NCBI GenBank assembly: GCA_030390025.1
Contig: JASTWF010000048.1
Span: 1,736,001 to 1,800,000 of the forward strand
Origin: Squalus acanthias
Lineage: Eukaryota
DNA: 64,000 nt
Direction of reading: 5' to 3'
The position numbers were made by a program, and so were the translations under genes. The notes under the pieces are model-generated. The model ran no database searches and was not told the origin of the DNA. It was given only the letters and a program-made list of their open reading frames with translations. Within the stretch, counting starts at the first letter, position 1, and every line of letters begins with the position of its first letter. Positions 1 through 12,719 of this stretch are shown here, piece after piece.

Positions 1-320
1 CCTCGCACTTCAGTTCCATTCCCTCCCCAGGAATATTGGAGAGAGCGGCGGGAGTCTGGCGGATCGTCTGCGAGTTCACATCTGGGAAAGAGACGGTGAG
101 AGGAAGAGATAAGTAAACAGGCGAATTCTCTGTTGTGGTGTTAAAAAGAATTAAAGAGCGAGAGAATGAAGGACAGAACGAAGGGAAGAATAGAAAAAAA
201 CGAAAGGAATAAAGAAAGAAGGAAAGAAATAAAGAGTAAAGAAAGTTTATTGAAAAAGACTATTGTTTGAAAAAGTCCCTTACATTGAAATAAGATCATG
301 AGACTCATTAACAGATACAT
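1..320 (-). CDS. TRBV: TCR V segment, family 1 (TRBV30-like), partial (3' part outside window)
   Basis: Leader exon 284-320 (MYLLMSLMILFQ, GTAAGG donor); V exon starts at 81 after CAG acceptor, VNSQTIRQTPAALSNIPGEGMELKCE. Confidence 0.85.
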
Positions 321-619
321 CTTTTATTTAAAAGATTTACTTTTAAAAATGAAATCAGCGAAAACAAGAGCGTTGAGTCTCGTGAGGATCCAACCCGCTC
401 TTTTCAAATCATTGACGAGCGGAAGGAAGTGATGCAGGCCACGCCCTCTCTGATTGACAGCATCGCTCATCCACTCCTACGCTGATTGACAGACCCGCCC
501 CACTCTCTGAAACATAGTCCCGCCCCCCACGCTGATTGACAGACCCGTCCTCACTCTCTGATACATAGTCCCGCCCCCCACGCTGATTGACAGTCCAACC
601 CCTACCTCTCTGTTTGGCA

Positions 620-1510
620 GTAAGGAGAGCAAACGGGAGCAGGTAGTTGCAGTGTTGAGCTAAACAACTTACGTGAATGAGAAAAAACAGCGACAGGTAG
701 ATTTTAACGTGGAACGTGGGCAAGTATGAGGCCAACCACTGGGGGCCTAAGGAGGAAACATCAGTGTATTTTCTAACTGATGAGAAGCTGGAAAATGTCG
801 AGGAGCAAAGAGATTTCGTTGGCCCGGTACACAAATCAATAAAAACCAGGAGACAGGTGCAAAACTGAATCAAACAGCTTAATGCAATGTTGGCCTTGAT
901 GTCAAGGAGGCTGGAATACAAAAGGGAGGAAGTTATGCTTCAGTTGGGCAGAGCTCTGTCAGACTCCAAGTGGCAAACTAGGTTCTGTTCTGGGGAACGC
1001 ACCTCAGGAAGGACGTTTTGGTCTTGCAGGGAGTGCAAGGCAGATTCACCAGAATGCTTAGAGGGTTAAATTATGAAGACAGGTGGCATAGAATATCCTT
1101 GTCTGCCCTTGCATATACAAGATTGAGGTATGAACTGATTTAGTCTTTTGAGGTTAAAAGGTGTTGTTAGGGTAAACAGAATGAAAGTATGTCCACTGGT
1201 GGCGGAGTCCAAAACAACGGGGCATAACTTTACAGTGAGAGCTAAGCCTTTCTCGCGTGAGGGCAGGAAGCAGTTCTTCACACAAAGGGCAGTGAGAAAC
1301 TTCAATTCTCTGCCCGAAAACGATGTGGGTGCTGGCGGTCAATTGGAGATTTCTTTACCGAGATTGATAGATTTTTTCTTTAATTAGTTAGCAAATCAAG
1401 AGATAGGGAGCAAAAGCGGGTCGATGGATTTAAGTTAAGTTACAGCTATGATCCAATTGAATGGCGAAGTCGGGTTGACGAGCTGAATGGCCTCCTCCTG
1501 TTCCTGTCTT
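620..1510 (+). mobile_element. Degraded CR1-like LINE 3' fragment
   Basis: Remnants of LEYKxxEVMLQL and FFTQRAVxxWN motifs plus the gctgaatggcctcctcctgttcc tail. Confidence 0.75.
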
Positions 1511-1554
1511 TCTATTAAACCATGTTCCAGGCACTGAAATCTTTCATGGTCCTA

Positions 1555-1572
1555 GAGCGCCCTCTGCTGTCC
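1555..1572 (-). promoter_or_regulatory. CTCF-like site
   Basis: Minus strand GGACAGCAGAGGGCGCTC vs consensus GGCCASYAGRKGGCRSY. Confidence 0.7.
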
Positions 1573-1610
1573 TTGTGGAGAAACACAGCGTCAGTCGACA
1601 AAAAACCACC

Positions 1611-1822
1611 NNNNNNNNNNNNNNNNNNNNNNNNNNNNNNNNNNNNNNNNNNNNNNNNNNNNNNNNNNNNNNNNNNNNNNNNNNNNNNNNNNNNNNNNNN
1701 NNNNNNNNNNNNNNNNNNNNNNNNNNNNNNNNNNNNNNNNNNNNNNNNNNNNNNNNNNNNNNNNNNNNNNNNNNNNNNNNNNNNNNNNNNNNNNNNNNNN
1801 NNNNNNNNNNNNNNNNNNNNNN
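1611..1822. other. Assembly gap (others at 7019-7249, 9759-9895, 37624-37767)
   Basis: N runs, mostly at low-complexity tracts. Confidence 0.99.
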
Positions 1823-2162
1823 TCGTTCTATCTTTCTGTCTTTGTGCCTTTCTTTCTCTATCCTTTTCTTTTTATTTCTCTATCACTATATCATTCTTTC
1901 CTTCATTACTTATATATTTAATTCCCTCTTTCTACCTTTTTTACATTCCTTCTTTCCTTTCTTTCTTTTTGCTTTGATTATTTGAGTTTGTTTTGCTCAG
2001 CCCCAACTCCACCTATCACTGAAAGGCAGTGACCTCGGCGGACTGAATGTGCTCAACACTTCAGACAGGACAGGTTGATGTTGTGCCCGAGCAACATATC
2101 CTTCTATTGCTTTCTCATTCTTATGTTTATGTAGTTCCCCTTAAATGCATCTGTGCTACTCG

Positions 2163-3231
2163 AAGTAACTGGCTATCTCAAAGAAGGCAGCGGGTGGTGG
2201 TGGATGGAAAATTTTCGGATTGGAGACCAGTTACCAGCGGTGTGCCACAGGGGTCGGTGCTGGGTCCTCTGCTGTTGTGATTTTTATCAATGACTTGGAG
2301 GAGGGGACTGAAGGGTGGATCAGTAAATTTGCTGATGACACCAAGATTGGTGGAGTTGTGGATGAGGTGGAGGGCTGTTGTCGGCTGCAAAGAAACATTG
2401 ATAGGATGCAGAGCTGGGCCGAAAAATGGCAGATGGAATTTAACCCTGATAAGTGCGAGGTGATTCATTTTGGTAGGGCAAATTTGAATAAGGAGTACAG
2501 AGTCAACGGCAGGGTTCTAAGGTACGTGGAGGAACAGAGGGATCTGGGGGTTCATATCCACAGATCTCTGAAGGTTGCCACTCAAGTGGATAGAGCAGTA
2601 AAGAAGGCCTATAGTGTGTTAGCGTTTATTAACAAGGGGTTTGAGTTTAAGAACCGTGAGGATATACTGCAACTGTACAGGACCTTGGTGAGACCACATT
2701 TGGAATATTGTGTGCAGTTCTGGTCACCTCACTATAAGAAGGACGTGGAAGCATTGGAAAGAGTGCAAAGGAGATTTACCAGGATGCAGCCTGGTTTGGG
2801 AGGGAAGGTCATATGAGGAAGGATTGAGGGAGCTTATGCTTTAATCTTTAGAGCGGAGGAGGATGAGAGGCGACTTAATAGAGGTTTATAAGATGATGAG
2901 GGGGATAGATAGAGTGGATGTTCAGAGACTATTTCCTCGGGTGGATGTAGCTGTTACAAGTGGGCATAACTATAAGGTGCATGGGGGGAGATATAGAGGG
3001 GATGTCCGAGGTAGATTTTTTACTCAGAGAGTGGTTGGAGTGTGGAATGGACTGCCTGCTGTGATAGTGGAGTCGGACACTTTAGGAACTTTCAAGCGGT
3101 TATTGGATAAGCACATGGAGCACACCAGAATGATAGGGAGTGGGATAGCTTGATCTTGGTTTCGGACAATGCTCGGCACAACATCGAGGGCCGAAGGACC
3201 TGTACTGTGCTGTACTGTTCTATGTTCTATG
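2163..3231 (+). mobile_element. Young 5'-truncated CR1-like LINE (RT C-terminal half)
   Basis: [29 protein letters not shown] with two frameshifts; (TTCTATG)n tail; inserted in an older antisense LINE. Confidence 0.92.
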
Positions 3232-3452
3232 ACGCAAACATTCCCTGTTGTAGCGAGTTCAACGTTCTCGCCATTCTCTGAGTAAAGAAGTTTCTCCTGA
3301 ATTCCCTATTTTAATTTATCTTATATTTATGTCCCCGAGCTTTGGTCTTTCCCACATGTGGAAACATTTTCGATACATCGATCCTGTTGAAACCGTTTCA
3401 TAATTTTCGCTTTCAGCTTACCACTCAGTCTTCTCTTTTCTAGAGAAAGCAG

Positions 3453-3777
3453 CCTTCCCCGGGTATTGTCCGTGCCGGAACATGTTAGGGTTACCGATAG
3501 TCTTCACAGAGCATTTCAGTTCCACACGCTCCCGAGGTAATTTGAAGACAGCGGCGGGACTCTGGCGGATATTCTGCGAGCTCACATCTAGTATAGAGAC
3601 GGGGAGAGGAAGAGGTCAGTAAACAGGGACATTCGGGCATTGGGAAAAGTGAGCAAGAGCGAAAGAAAGAAAGTGACATAGAAAAAAAGTAAGTAAATTG
3701 TGATTGTTAGCAATAATTATTGTTATAAAAATTTTCTTAAGGTTAAACGTGTTCAGCAGTCCCAGTAACAGATAGTT
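3453..3777 (-). pseudogene. TRBV: 3'-truncated family 1 V pseudogene
   Basis: V exon 3587 to about 3453 stops after QYPGK; conserved Trp lost; leader lacks ATG and GT donor; no RSS. Confidence 0.8.
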
Positions 3778-3959
3778 ATTTTATTTCAATGTTTACTTCC
3801 AATGAGGGAATGAGCGAGAGCAGGAACTTTCACTGTTGCGAGGAGCCAAAGCGCGCTTTTCAAATCATTGAGAGAAACATGAAAAGCTTAAGGAAGCAAT
3901 AAAGGGATGGTTAGATCCCCTGTCTCCAGTTCAACCAATCGGAATCGACGTGTTTGCCA

Positions 3960-4122
3960 ATGTCTCCCCTTGTTTATCACTGTCTCTCAATCTCTCATTC
4001 TCTCTCTCTCTCTCTTTCTCTCGTGTATCTCTCAATGTTCCTCCGGCTCTCTTTATCTCTCTCTGAAACATTCATTGTCTGGCTGTATATGTTTCAGCAT
4101 CTCCCGCTCTCTCTCTCTGTCA

Positions 4123-4159
<37 letters not shown>

Positions 4160-4375
4160 GTCTCTCTGCCTGTCTCTTTCTCTTTCTCTCTGTCTCCCTT
4201 TCAATCGCTTTCTCTTTCTCTCTCGCTATCTCTTCCTCTCTCTTTCTCTATCTCTCACTCTTTATTTCTCTCTTTCATCTCTCTCTCTCTCTTTCTCTAT
4301 CTCTTTGTCTTTGTCTCTCTCACTCCCTCATTCACTAACTCACTCTCTTGCTCTCTCTCTCTCTCTCTCTCACTT
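3960..4375. repeat. (CT)n/(GT)n compound microsatellite
   Basis: Direct inspection; degenerate paralog at 57470-57745. Confidence 0.9.
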
Positions 4376-4812
4376 GAAACAAACTGCATTGAAAGGTAAA
4401 TGTGCGCTGATCAGAACTGGTCTCCAGACTCAGACAGTGGAGCAGGAGTGAGAGATACGCGGTCCCACAGCCCCGCACATCCATCACCCTCCGCCCCTCC
4501 TGATTCTTCCACAAATGCAAGGATTGGTTACTGGTTGCAGGGCGGGGAAGACGTATCACGTCAGACAACACGCCTCACCATCTTGTCCACAGCCATTTAA
4601 TGAGGGGAGGGGAGAGCAGGGAATATGGGATGCGAGGGGAAGGGGAGGAAGGAGTAGGAGAGAGTAGAGGAGAGGAGTGGAAGGATTGAAGGAGAAAGTA
4701 TGCACTGAACTAATATCTAGTGCTGCCACATGGTGGCGGAAATGGAGCACTGAACTCCCAGACGTCCGCTGCAGGTTTTTGTAGCGGGGAAGCCGCTTTC
4801 TCAAACGCTGTG

Positions 4813-5737
4813 CGGTACTACAAGCACAGTAATAGACAGCGGTGTGAGACGGAGAGGCGGCGCTCAGTTCCAAAGTAAACAGCGTAGCGCTGCTTCTTTC
4901 GGCCTTAAAAGACTCGGTCGTGTACTTCGTAACATCACCTGCTCCAACAGAAGTGAAAAGAGCTTCTAATGCCCGGTCGGGTTGTTGTCTGTACCAGAGC
5001 ATAAAGCTATAGCCAGTATTCGTCAGCGTGCAACTGAACGTGCTCGACTTTCCTGCTCCAATCGATAGGACAGAAGGCGACTGCTCCACGTACGAGGCGA
5101 GTATTCCTGTCGAACGCAACATCGATTAGTTTCTTGTTTATGTCAATAATTAATTAGAGCGCGGACTACAGAGACAAAGAACTTCCATTCATAAAGCGCC
5201 ATTCACGACTTCAGAAACTCACAAAGCTCTTTACAACCAATGAAGTACTGATTAAAGTGTAATCATTGTTGTAATGTAGGAAAGGAGACAGCCAATTTCA
5301 GCACAGCAAGCTCCCACATACTGCATTGAAATAAATAACCAGTACATCTTGTTTTTGGTATTTGTTGTGGGGTTAATGTTGGACCAGAACATCGGCGACA
5401 ACTTCACTGATTTTCTTCTTCCAATAGTGCCCTGGGATCATGTATGTGCACCTGAGAGGGCAGCACGGTCGAACACATTATCCGAAAGAAAGAACCTCCG
5501 AAAGTGCAGCACTCCCTCAGTGCTGGTCTCGGGAGTGCCAGCATAGATTTTGTGCTCAAGTCTCAGGAGTAAGACACGAACCCAAAACCTCTGATTCAGA
5601 GGCAAGGTTTCTACCAGCTGAAAATAAGTTGACATTATAGTACATTTTTCTACAAAGACCTCTGCATAAGTTTGTTAGTTTGACTTACGTGGGATCAGTG
5701 CCACCATCAACGTTAGATAATGAGGTTCATGAAACAT
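4813..5737 (-). CDS. TRBV: TCR V segment, family 2 (TRBV6-like), apparently functional
   Basis: Leader 5689-5737 (MFHEPHYLTLMVALIP, GTAAGT); V exon 4813-5106 open with C..WYRQ..YYCACS; RSS CACAGCG 4806-4812, 23 bp, ACAAAAACC 4774-4782. Confidence 0.9.
5185..5635 (-). mobile_element. tRNA-derived SINE (DeuSINE/SacSINE1-like) in the family 2 V intron
   Basis: Minus-strand head with A box TCAGCTGGTAGA and B box GGGTTCG; L2-like tail; paralog at 58530-58980. Confidence 0.7.
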
Positions 5738-5848
5738 GATTTATTCATTCGACACTGGCTCGCTGTTTGATCGAGTGTAGCTCAATACCACGTTTAAAGG
5801 CAGTTTCTCTGTTGGATCTGATTAAATACGAAGCATCCGGTTGTAAAT

Positions 5849-5870
5849 GTCACTCTTACGTCACTTCCTG
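5849..5870 (-). promoter_or_regulatory. ETS/CRE composite (V-beta decamer-like) in family 2 promoter
   Basis: CAGGAAGTGACGTAAGAGTGAC about 115 bp upstream of the leader ATG; identical copy at 59195-59216. Confidence 0.65.
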
Positions 5871-8800
5871 TGTAAACCACGCTCTTTCCCATTCCTTCGG
5901 TAGTTTAGTTACTTCATAGAACCGTACAGCACAGCAGTTTAAGGAGAGAATTTAAAGAGGTGGTCAAAATTATGAATTATTTTGACAGACATGATAGGGA
6001 GAAACTATATCGCCTGGCAGGAAGGTCGTTAACCAGATGGCACAGATTTAAGATAATGGGCAAAAGAAACAGCGGGGAGATGAGGAAAGATAAACGTTAT
6101 TACACCGAGAGTTTTCATGATCTGGAATGCATTGCCTGAACGGGCAGTGGAACCAGTTTCATTAATATCTTTCAAAAGAAAATTGGATATCATCTTGAAA
6201 AAGAAAGAGAACACAGGTCTACGGGGAATGAGCAGGATAGCCGTACTAAATTGACAGAAGCGACCAAAACTAAGGGTCACAAATATAAGACAAACACTAA
6301 TAAATCTAACAGAGAATTCAGGAGTAATATCTTTACCCAAAGTGTGCTGGGAATGTAGAACTTGATACCACATGGAGTGGTTGAGGGAAATAGCATAAAT
6401 GCATTTAAGCGGAAGGTAGATAAGTATGTGAGGGAAGAAGGCATAGAAGGATATGATGATGGGGTAGTCGAAGAGTGGTGGGATGAAACCCGAGGGGGTC
6501 TCGTTTGGTAGGTCTTTCAAAGAGACGGCACAGGCTCGTTGGGCCGAATGGTCTCCTTCTGTGCTGTAGGATTTTATGCATCGATAAGACACGCAACATT
6601 GTTGGGACAAAGAGCTCTCCTGTTTCAGGCAGTGCGGGTTTCAGTTCCTGTGTGCTGAACGAGAATTCAAGGGTTACATTTTTTACTGGGTTGAATTCGC
6701 AGAATCATTGAGAAAGACATCAAAAGGCCCCTAGAGCCTGATAGAGAAGCGGCTAAACGGTTGTGAACAGATGCTGAAACCGCCGTCATGAGGCAGGTGT
6801 CCCGGTGACAAACGGATCTAGAGGCGCATCTCGACTTTGCACAGTGTAAAAGTTCGGTGACACGTTTAAGGGTTCTAAGATTAACAATTTCCTATTGGTA
6901 TGAGATAGTTCAACTTTGGGCAGAGAAGGTTAAGGGGAGAATTGATAATCAAACCATTAATACAGCATGTTTAATGATTAATAATCAATTCAATTCATCT
7001 AAGGTGACAGAGAGCAAGNNNNNNNNNNNNNNNNNNNNNNNNNNNNNNNNNNNNNNNNNNNNNNNNNNNNNNNNNNNNNNNNNNNNNNNNNNNNNNNNNN
7101 NNNNNNNNNNNNNNNNNNNNNNNNNNNNNNNNNNNNNNNNNNNNNNNNNNNNNNNNNNNNNNNNNNNNNNNNNNNNNNNNNNNNNNNNNNNNNNNNNNNN
7201 NNNNNNNNNNNNNNNNNNNNNNNNNNNNNNNNNNNNNNNNNNNNNNNNNAGATTTGCAAACCTTAGTTCTGTCTCATACAGCAACGCCATTTGAGGCCCC
7301 ACTGTATTCAGACTGCAGTTAACCCACCTCAGAGATACCTTTGGATGAGCTGGAACGTGAATGTCCACCTTTGTGTTTGTGTGTTTGTGTGTGCCTCGCT
7401 CTCACTCTCTGTTTCTACATCTATCACTCTCGCTGTCTTCTGAGACTCGCCAACACCTGGAAGTGAAACAGGAATGAACAGCAAAGAGAGACATTTATTT
7501 CCCCAGAAATAAGACACACTGACCTATTTAATTATTAGCTGTTCCGTGACTGCTATTCCTTTGTCTCGCAGTCGCCTTTTTTTTATTGTAATCGATTTGG
7601 TCCCTGCATTTTCACTTAAGTCTAATTCAGGTGATTACATGGCCTATTACTGTAGCTTGAGAGAATCAATTTCATCTGGTGGGGAGAGTCCCGAACAAGG
7701 GGGCACAATCTTCAAATTAGTGCCAGGCCGTTCAGGGATAATGTCAGGGAGCACTTCTGCAAACAAAGTGCAGTGGAAATCTGGAACTCTCTCCCCCAAA
7801 ATACTTTTGAGGTTGGAGGTCAATGGAATATTGCAAATTTATGATTGATAGTTTTATATTGGTAAGGGTATTCAGGGTTACGGAACCAAGGCAGGTAAAT
7901 GGATTTGAGATACATACCAGCCATGATCTAATTGGATGGCGGAACACGTTCGAGGGTCTGAGTCGCCTCCTCCTCTGTTCTTAGCAGTCACTTGCGATTT
8001 GGGACCTGCTGGGATTTAATCGATTCGTCAACAACAGCATAATCTCCTAAACCCTCAGGCACTTATGGTTATTTGGGAGCCGGCACATCCCTCTCTGATT
8101 GTAGGTAAGTAGAGCTGTTGGGAACAGGGAGTTGGAAAGGCGACATGGAAAGATTAAGTGAGTGGCCAAACCTGTGGAAGATGAAGTTTAATGTGGGAAA
8201 GTGTGAGATCATGCACTTTAGTCCAAAGAAAGAAAGGTGCCCAGTTACACAAATCAATAAACGCCAGTAAACAGGTACAAAAATGAAACAAAAAGGCAAA
8301 TGGAATGCTGTCCTTTATCTGAAGGAGTCTGGAATACAAAGCGAGCAAGTTGTGCTCCTGTCATATAGAGCCTTGGTCAGACAGTATCTGGAGTACTGAG
8401 TGTAGTCTGGGCACAGCACCTCAGGAAGGATGTGTTAGACTCAGAGCGGATCTAGTTCAGTTTCACCAGACTGATACCGGGGATTAGATGGTTAAATTAA
8501 GAGGGCAGGCTGAGGATCAATTGGAGCTTTCAAGTCTGAGATTGATCGATATTTGTTGGGTAAGTGTATCGAGGAATATGGAGCAAAGGTGATTAGATGG
8601 AGTTCAGACGCACATCAGCCGTGAACTCATGGAATGACTGATTAGGCTCGAGGGGCTGAATGACCGCCTCTTGTTTCTAATTAACAACTTGACCAGTTAC
8701 ACGGCATTCTCCTGTAGCTGTGTAAGTGGCCAAATTGCCAATTCCTGCTCCCATGTAGCAGGCTAGAGGGTCGTATGACTTCTTGCTGTTCCTCTGTAAC

Positions 8801-8968
8801 AGCCGCAATGGGATTGAATGGCCTCCTCATGCTCCTGTGTAGCTGGTTCGAAGGTCAAACTACCTAATCCTGTTCCTATGCAATAGGCTCAAGGGTAATG
8901 AATGACCTCCTCTTATTCCTATGTTTCTATCAAAACATATTCAATCAACAGTGTGGTTCATGGTCCTA

Positions 8969-8986
8969 GAGCGCCCTCTGCTGTCC
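8969..8986 (-). promoter_or_regulatory. CTCF-like site
   Basis: GGACAGCAGAGGGCGCTC. Confidence 0.7.
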
Positions 8987-9387
8987 CTGTGGAGAATGAA
9001 AACACAGTCAGTGTGTAAAATCCACCAGTCTTCTACTTTATTTCCTTTTTTCTATCTTTCTATCCTTCTTTCTGCCATTCTTTCTGTCTTTCTTTCGTTC
9101 TGTCTTTCTTTCCTTCCTCGTTTTTTCTTGATATCTATCTCTTTTTTTATACCGATCTAACTTTCACTCTATCATTCTCTACTTTATCTAAGTTAATGTT
9201 TCTTTGCACCTTCTCCGGTGCCTGTATATCTAATCTCTCACTTTTCTTCTAATGCATATCAAAAACGCGTTCGCTCTGTAAAACAAAACACAGCGGGAGG
9301 AAGCAACGCGCGGTGTTATCTTATGCAGGTGTCTGTTGCCGCCTTTGGGGTTTTTGTTCTGCTCCTCCATCTCTCTGAGTCACTGTG

Positions 9388-9964
9388 AAGACTCCAGGCG
9401 CAGTAATACACGGCCGAGTGATTTGCCCGCAGGCTGGAGGACTTCAGGTTGAACTCGTCATCTGTTGGTCGCTCGGCGGTAAAACCGTCCTCCGTCCCCT
9501 CTGCTTTTACACTTTGTACAACTAGGGAGTAAAAAATCAACTGCGGCTCCTTCCCCGGGTATTGTCGGTACCAGAACATGCGAATGTTACTGATGCCCTT
9601 CACAATGCATTTCAGATCCACTCCAACCCCGGGAATTTTGGAGACAGCAGCGGGAGTCTGGCGGATAGTCTGCGACTTCACATCTGGTGAAAGAAAGGGG
9701 GTGAGGAGGAGGTCAGTAAACAGGGACCCGCGGACAACGAGGAAATGAAGATGGTGAGNNNNNNNNNNNNNNNNNNNNNNNNNNNNNNNNNNNNNNNNNN
9801 NNNNNNNNNNNNNNNNNNNNNNNNNNNNNNNNNNNNNNNNNNNNNNNNNNNNNNNNNNNNNNNNNNNNNNNNNNNNNNNNNNNNNNNNNNNNNNNAACAT
9901 TAATTAATTTTTGTAATAGTCCCTTACAGTGAAACAAGATCATTAGACCCATTAACAGATACAT
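9388..9964 (-). CDS. TRBV: Family 1 V, apparently functional
   Basis: Leader 9928-9964; V exon 9388-9683 open; RSS CACAGTG 9381-9387, 23 bp, ACAAAAACC 9349-9357; assembly gap in intron. Confidence 0.9.
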
Positions 9965-10189
9965 CTTTTGCTGGAAGCTTTTCCCTTAATAATGAAAGGA
10001 GCGAGAACAGGGGAGTTGTGTTTTGTGAGGATCCAACCCGCTCTGTTCAAATCATTGAGGAAAACATGAAGAGCGTGAGGAAGTGATGCAGGTTTGGACA
10101 GCCTCGCCCCTCCCTCTCTGATTGGCAGCCCCGCACCGCCCTCTCTTATTGACAACCCCGGCTCTTCCTCTTTGATTGGCAGTAATTCC

Positions 10190-11055
10190 AACAGACGGGA
10201 TCTGAATGTGGCAATGGGGACACAGACAGATTAAATGAATGAACAACACAGAGGTAGATGAAGTTTAATGTGGGCAAGTGTGAGATCATCCACTGCCAAA
10301 CTAAGAAAGAGTATCAGAAAATGTTCTAAATGGTGAAAAGCTGGGAACTGTGGAGGTGCAAAGGGATTTAGGTTTCAAACTACACAAATCGCTCTCGGCC
10401 AGTAGACAGATACAAAAATCAAAAAGGCTAATGGAATGTTGGCCTTTCTCTCAAGGGTGCTGGAATACAGAAGAGAGAAAGTTATGCTTCAGTTGTACAG
10501 AGACCTGGTCAGACTCCATCTGGAACAGGACGTTCATTTCTGGGTAACACACTTCAGGGAGGATATATTGGCCTTGGAGGGAGTGCAGCGAAGATTCACC
10601 AGAATGATCCCGGGGATTACAGGGTTTATTATGAGGACAAATTACATAGACTAGGCTTGTATTCCATTGAGAACAGAAGATTAAGCAGTGATCCTACTGA
10701 GGTGTTGAAAATGTTAAAAGTATTGGAGACTGTAGATAGAGAGAAGATATTCCCTCTGGTGAGGGGCAGCCCAGAACTAGGGGTCATCAGCTGAGCATTA
10801 AAGCGAGGCCGATCAAGGGTCATATCTGGAGGCCCCTCTCGAAACAAAGGATAATGAAAATCTGCAGTTCTCTCGCCCAAAATTGCTGGTGAGGCCAGAA
10901 GTCAACTGGAGATTTCAAAACTTAGATTTCTGTTATCTAAGGGTATGAAGGGGTAGGGAACCAATGAGGGTAAATGGAGTTATGATTCAGATCAAACAGG
11001 ATCTGATTGAACGGCGGAGCGGCTCGAAGGGCTGAATTGGCTCCTTCTGCTCCGA
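10190..11055 (+). mobile_element. Degraded CR1-like LINE 3' fragment
   Basis: MLAFLSRVLEYRREKVMLQLYRDLVR...LEGVQRRFTRMIPG remnants. Confidence 0.8.
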
Positions 11056-11095
11056 ATAAACCATGTTCCAGGCATTGGTGGGTTTCATGGTCCTA

Positions 11096-11113
11096 GAGCG
11101 CCCTCTGCTGTCC
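11096..11113 (-). promoter_or_regulatory. CTCF-like site
   Basis: GGACAGCAGAGGGCGCTC. Confidence 0.7.
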
Positions 11114-11930
11114 CTGTGGAGAATGAAAACACCGCGCCAGTGGACAAAGACAACACGTCATCAGTGAATGAAAACCCAAACATCGTTTTACTTTCTTTCT
11201 TTCATTCATTCATTATTGCTACTTTTACTTCGTTTTTGCATTTGTTAATATTCTATTTTTTGGGGTCTGAACCAGTTTCACCTCCCCCTGACTGCGCTGG
11301 CACTCTGCTAACTGAATGTGCTCAATAATTCAGCACAGGATGGGTTGATATTGTATACTATCAGCACTGCCTTCTATTCCTTTCTCCCTCATGTGCTTAT
11401 CCCGCATTCCCTTAACTGTATCTGCGCCTTTCGCCTCAACTACTCATTTTGGTAGCGAGATCTGCATCCTCCCCACTCTCTGGGTAAAAAAGATTCTGCT
11501 GAATCCCCTAATGGATTTATTAGTGACTATCTCATATATAAGGCCACTAGTTTTGATCGTCCATACAATTGAAAATATCTTATCTAAGTCTACCCTCTAG
11601 AATCCCTTCCAGAATTATAAAGACCTCTATCAGGTCATCCCTCGGTCTTCTCTTCTTTAGAGTAAAGAGCCCCAGCCTGTTCAGCCTTTCCTGATAGTTA
11701 TAACCTCTCACTTTTGGTGTCATCCTAGTAAATATTTATTTTCTCCTCCTCCAGTGCCTCTATATCTAATCACTCAATTCGATACAGACCCATCTCTTCT
11801 TGTCCAAAACACGTAAACTCTACAATATAAACATAACCGCTCGAGGCACAGCGCGGTTTCATCATCCACAGGTGTTTCCGGACGCCTTTGGGGTTTTTGT
11901 TGAGCTCCTCCATCTCTCTGAGTCACTGTG

Positions 11931-12419
11931 AAGACTCCAGGCGCAGTAATACACGGCCGAGTGATTCGGCTGCAGGCTGGAGGAATTCAGGTTGAACTCG
12001 GAGTCTTTCGGTCGCTCGGCGGTAAAACCGTCCACCGCACTCTTTGGATCCACGTGATTGGTAGCCGTGGAGGAAAACATATTCTGCGGCTCCTTCCCCG
12101 GATATTGTCTGTACCAGTAAATAGTAGGCGTACTGGTGCCCTCCACATCGCACTTCAGTTCCACTCCATCCCCGGGAAATCTGGAGACAGCGGCGGGAGT
12201 CTGGCGGATAGTTTTCGAGTTCACTTCTGGGAAAGAGACAGGGAGAGAGGAGGAGGTCAGTAAATTGGAATATTATGGGGAAGGGGAGAAAAATAAAGAA
12301 GGGAAGGAGGAAAGAAGAAAGAAAGAGAGAAAGAGAAAAGGAAGTTTATTAACAATAATTGTTTCTGTTCAAAGTCCCTTACGGTGAAACAAGATCATCA
12401 GACCCAGTAACAGATACAT
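11931..12419 (-). CDS. TRBV: Family 1 V, apparently functional
   Basis: Leader 12383-12419; V exon 11931-12226 open; consensus 23-RSS 11892-11930. Confidence 0.92.
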
Positions 12420-12719
12420 ATTTTATTTTAAGCTGTCCCGTCAATAAGTAAAGGAGCGAAAACAGGATCGTTGTGTGTTGTGAGGATCCAATCCGCTCTT
12501 CTGAAATCATTGAACAAAACATGAAGAGCAAAAGCAAGTGGTGCAGGTTTGGACAGCCCCGCCCCTCCCTCTATGACTGACAGCCCCGCCCCACCCTCTC
12601 TATTTGACAGACCCGCCCCCTCTCTGACAGAGAGCCCCGCCCCTCCCTCTCTGATTGACAGCTCCGCCCCTGCCTCTCTGATTGACAGCGTGCCCCTCCC
12701 TCTCTGAGAGGCAGTGAGT

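Noticed and set aside
5570-5635. tRNA gene
   Set aside because: A/B boxes belong to a SINE head followed by SINE body and tail; no full cloverleaf
7329-7517. ORF resembling a leader or exon
   Set aside because: Runs through simple repeats, has no Ig-domain motifs and stops early in all phases
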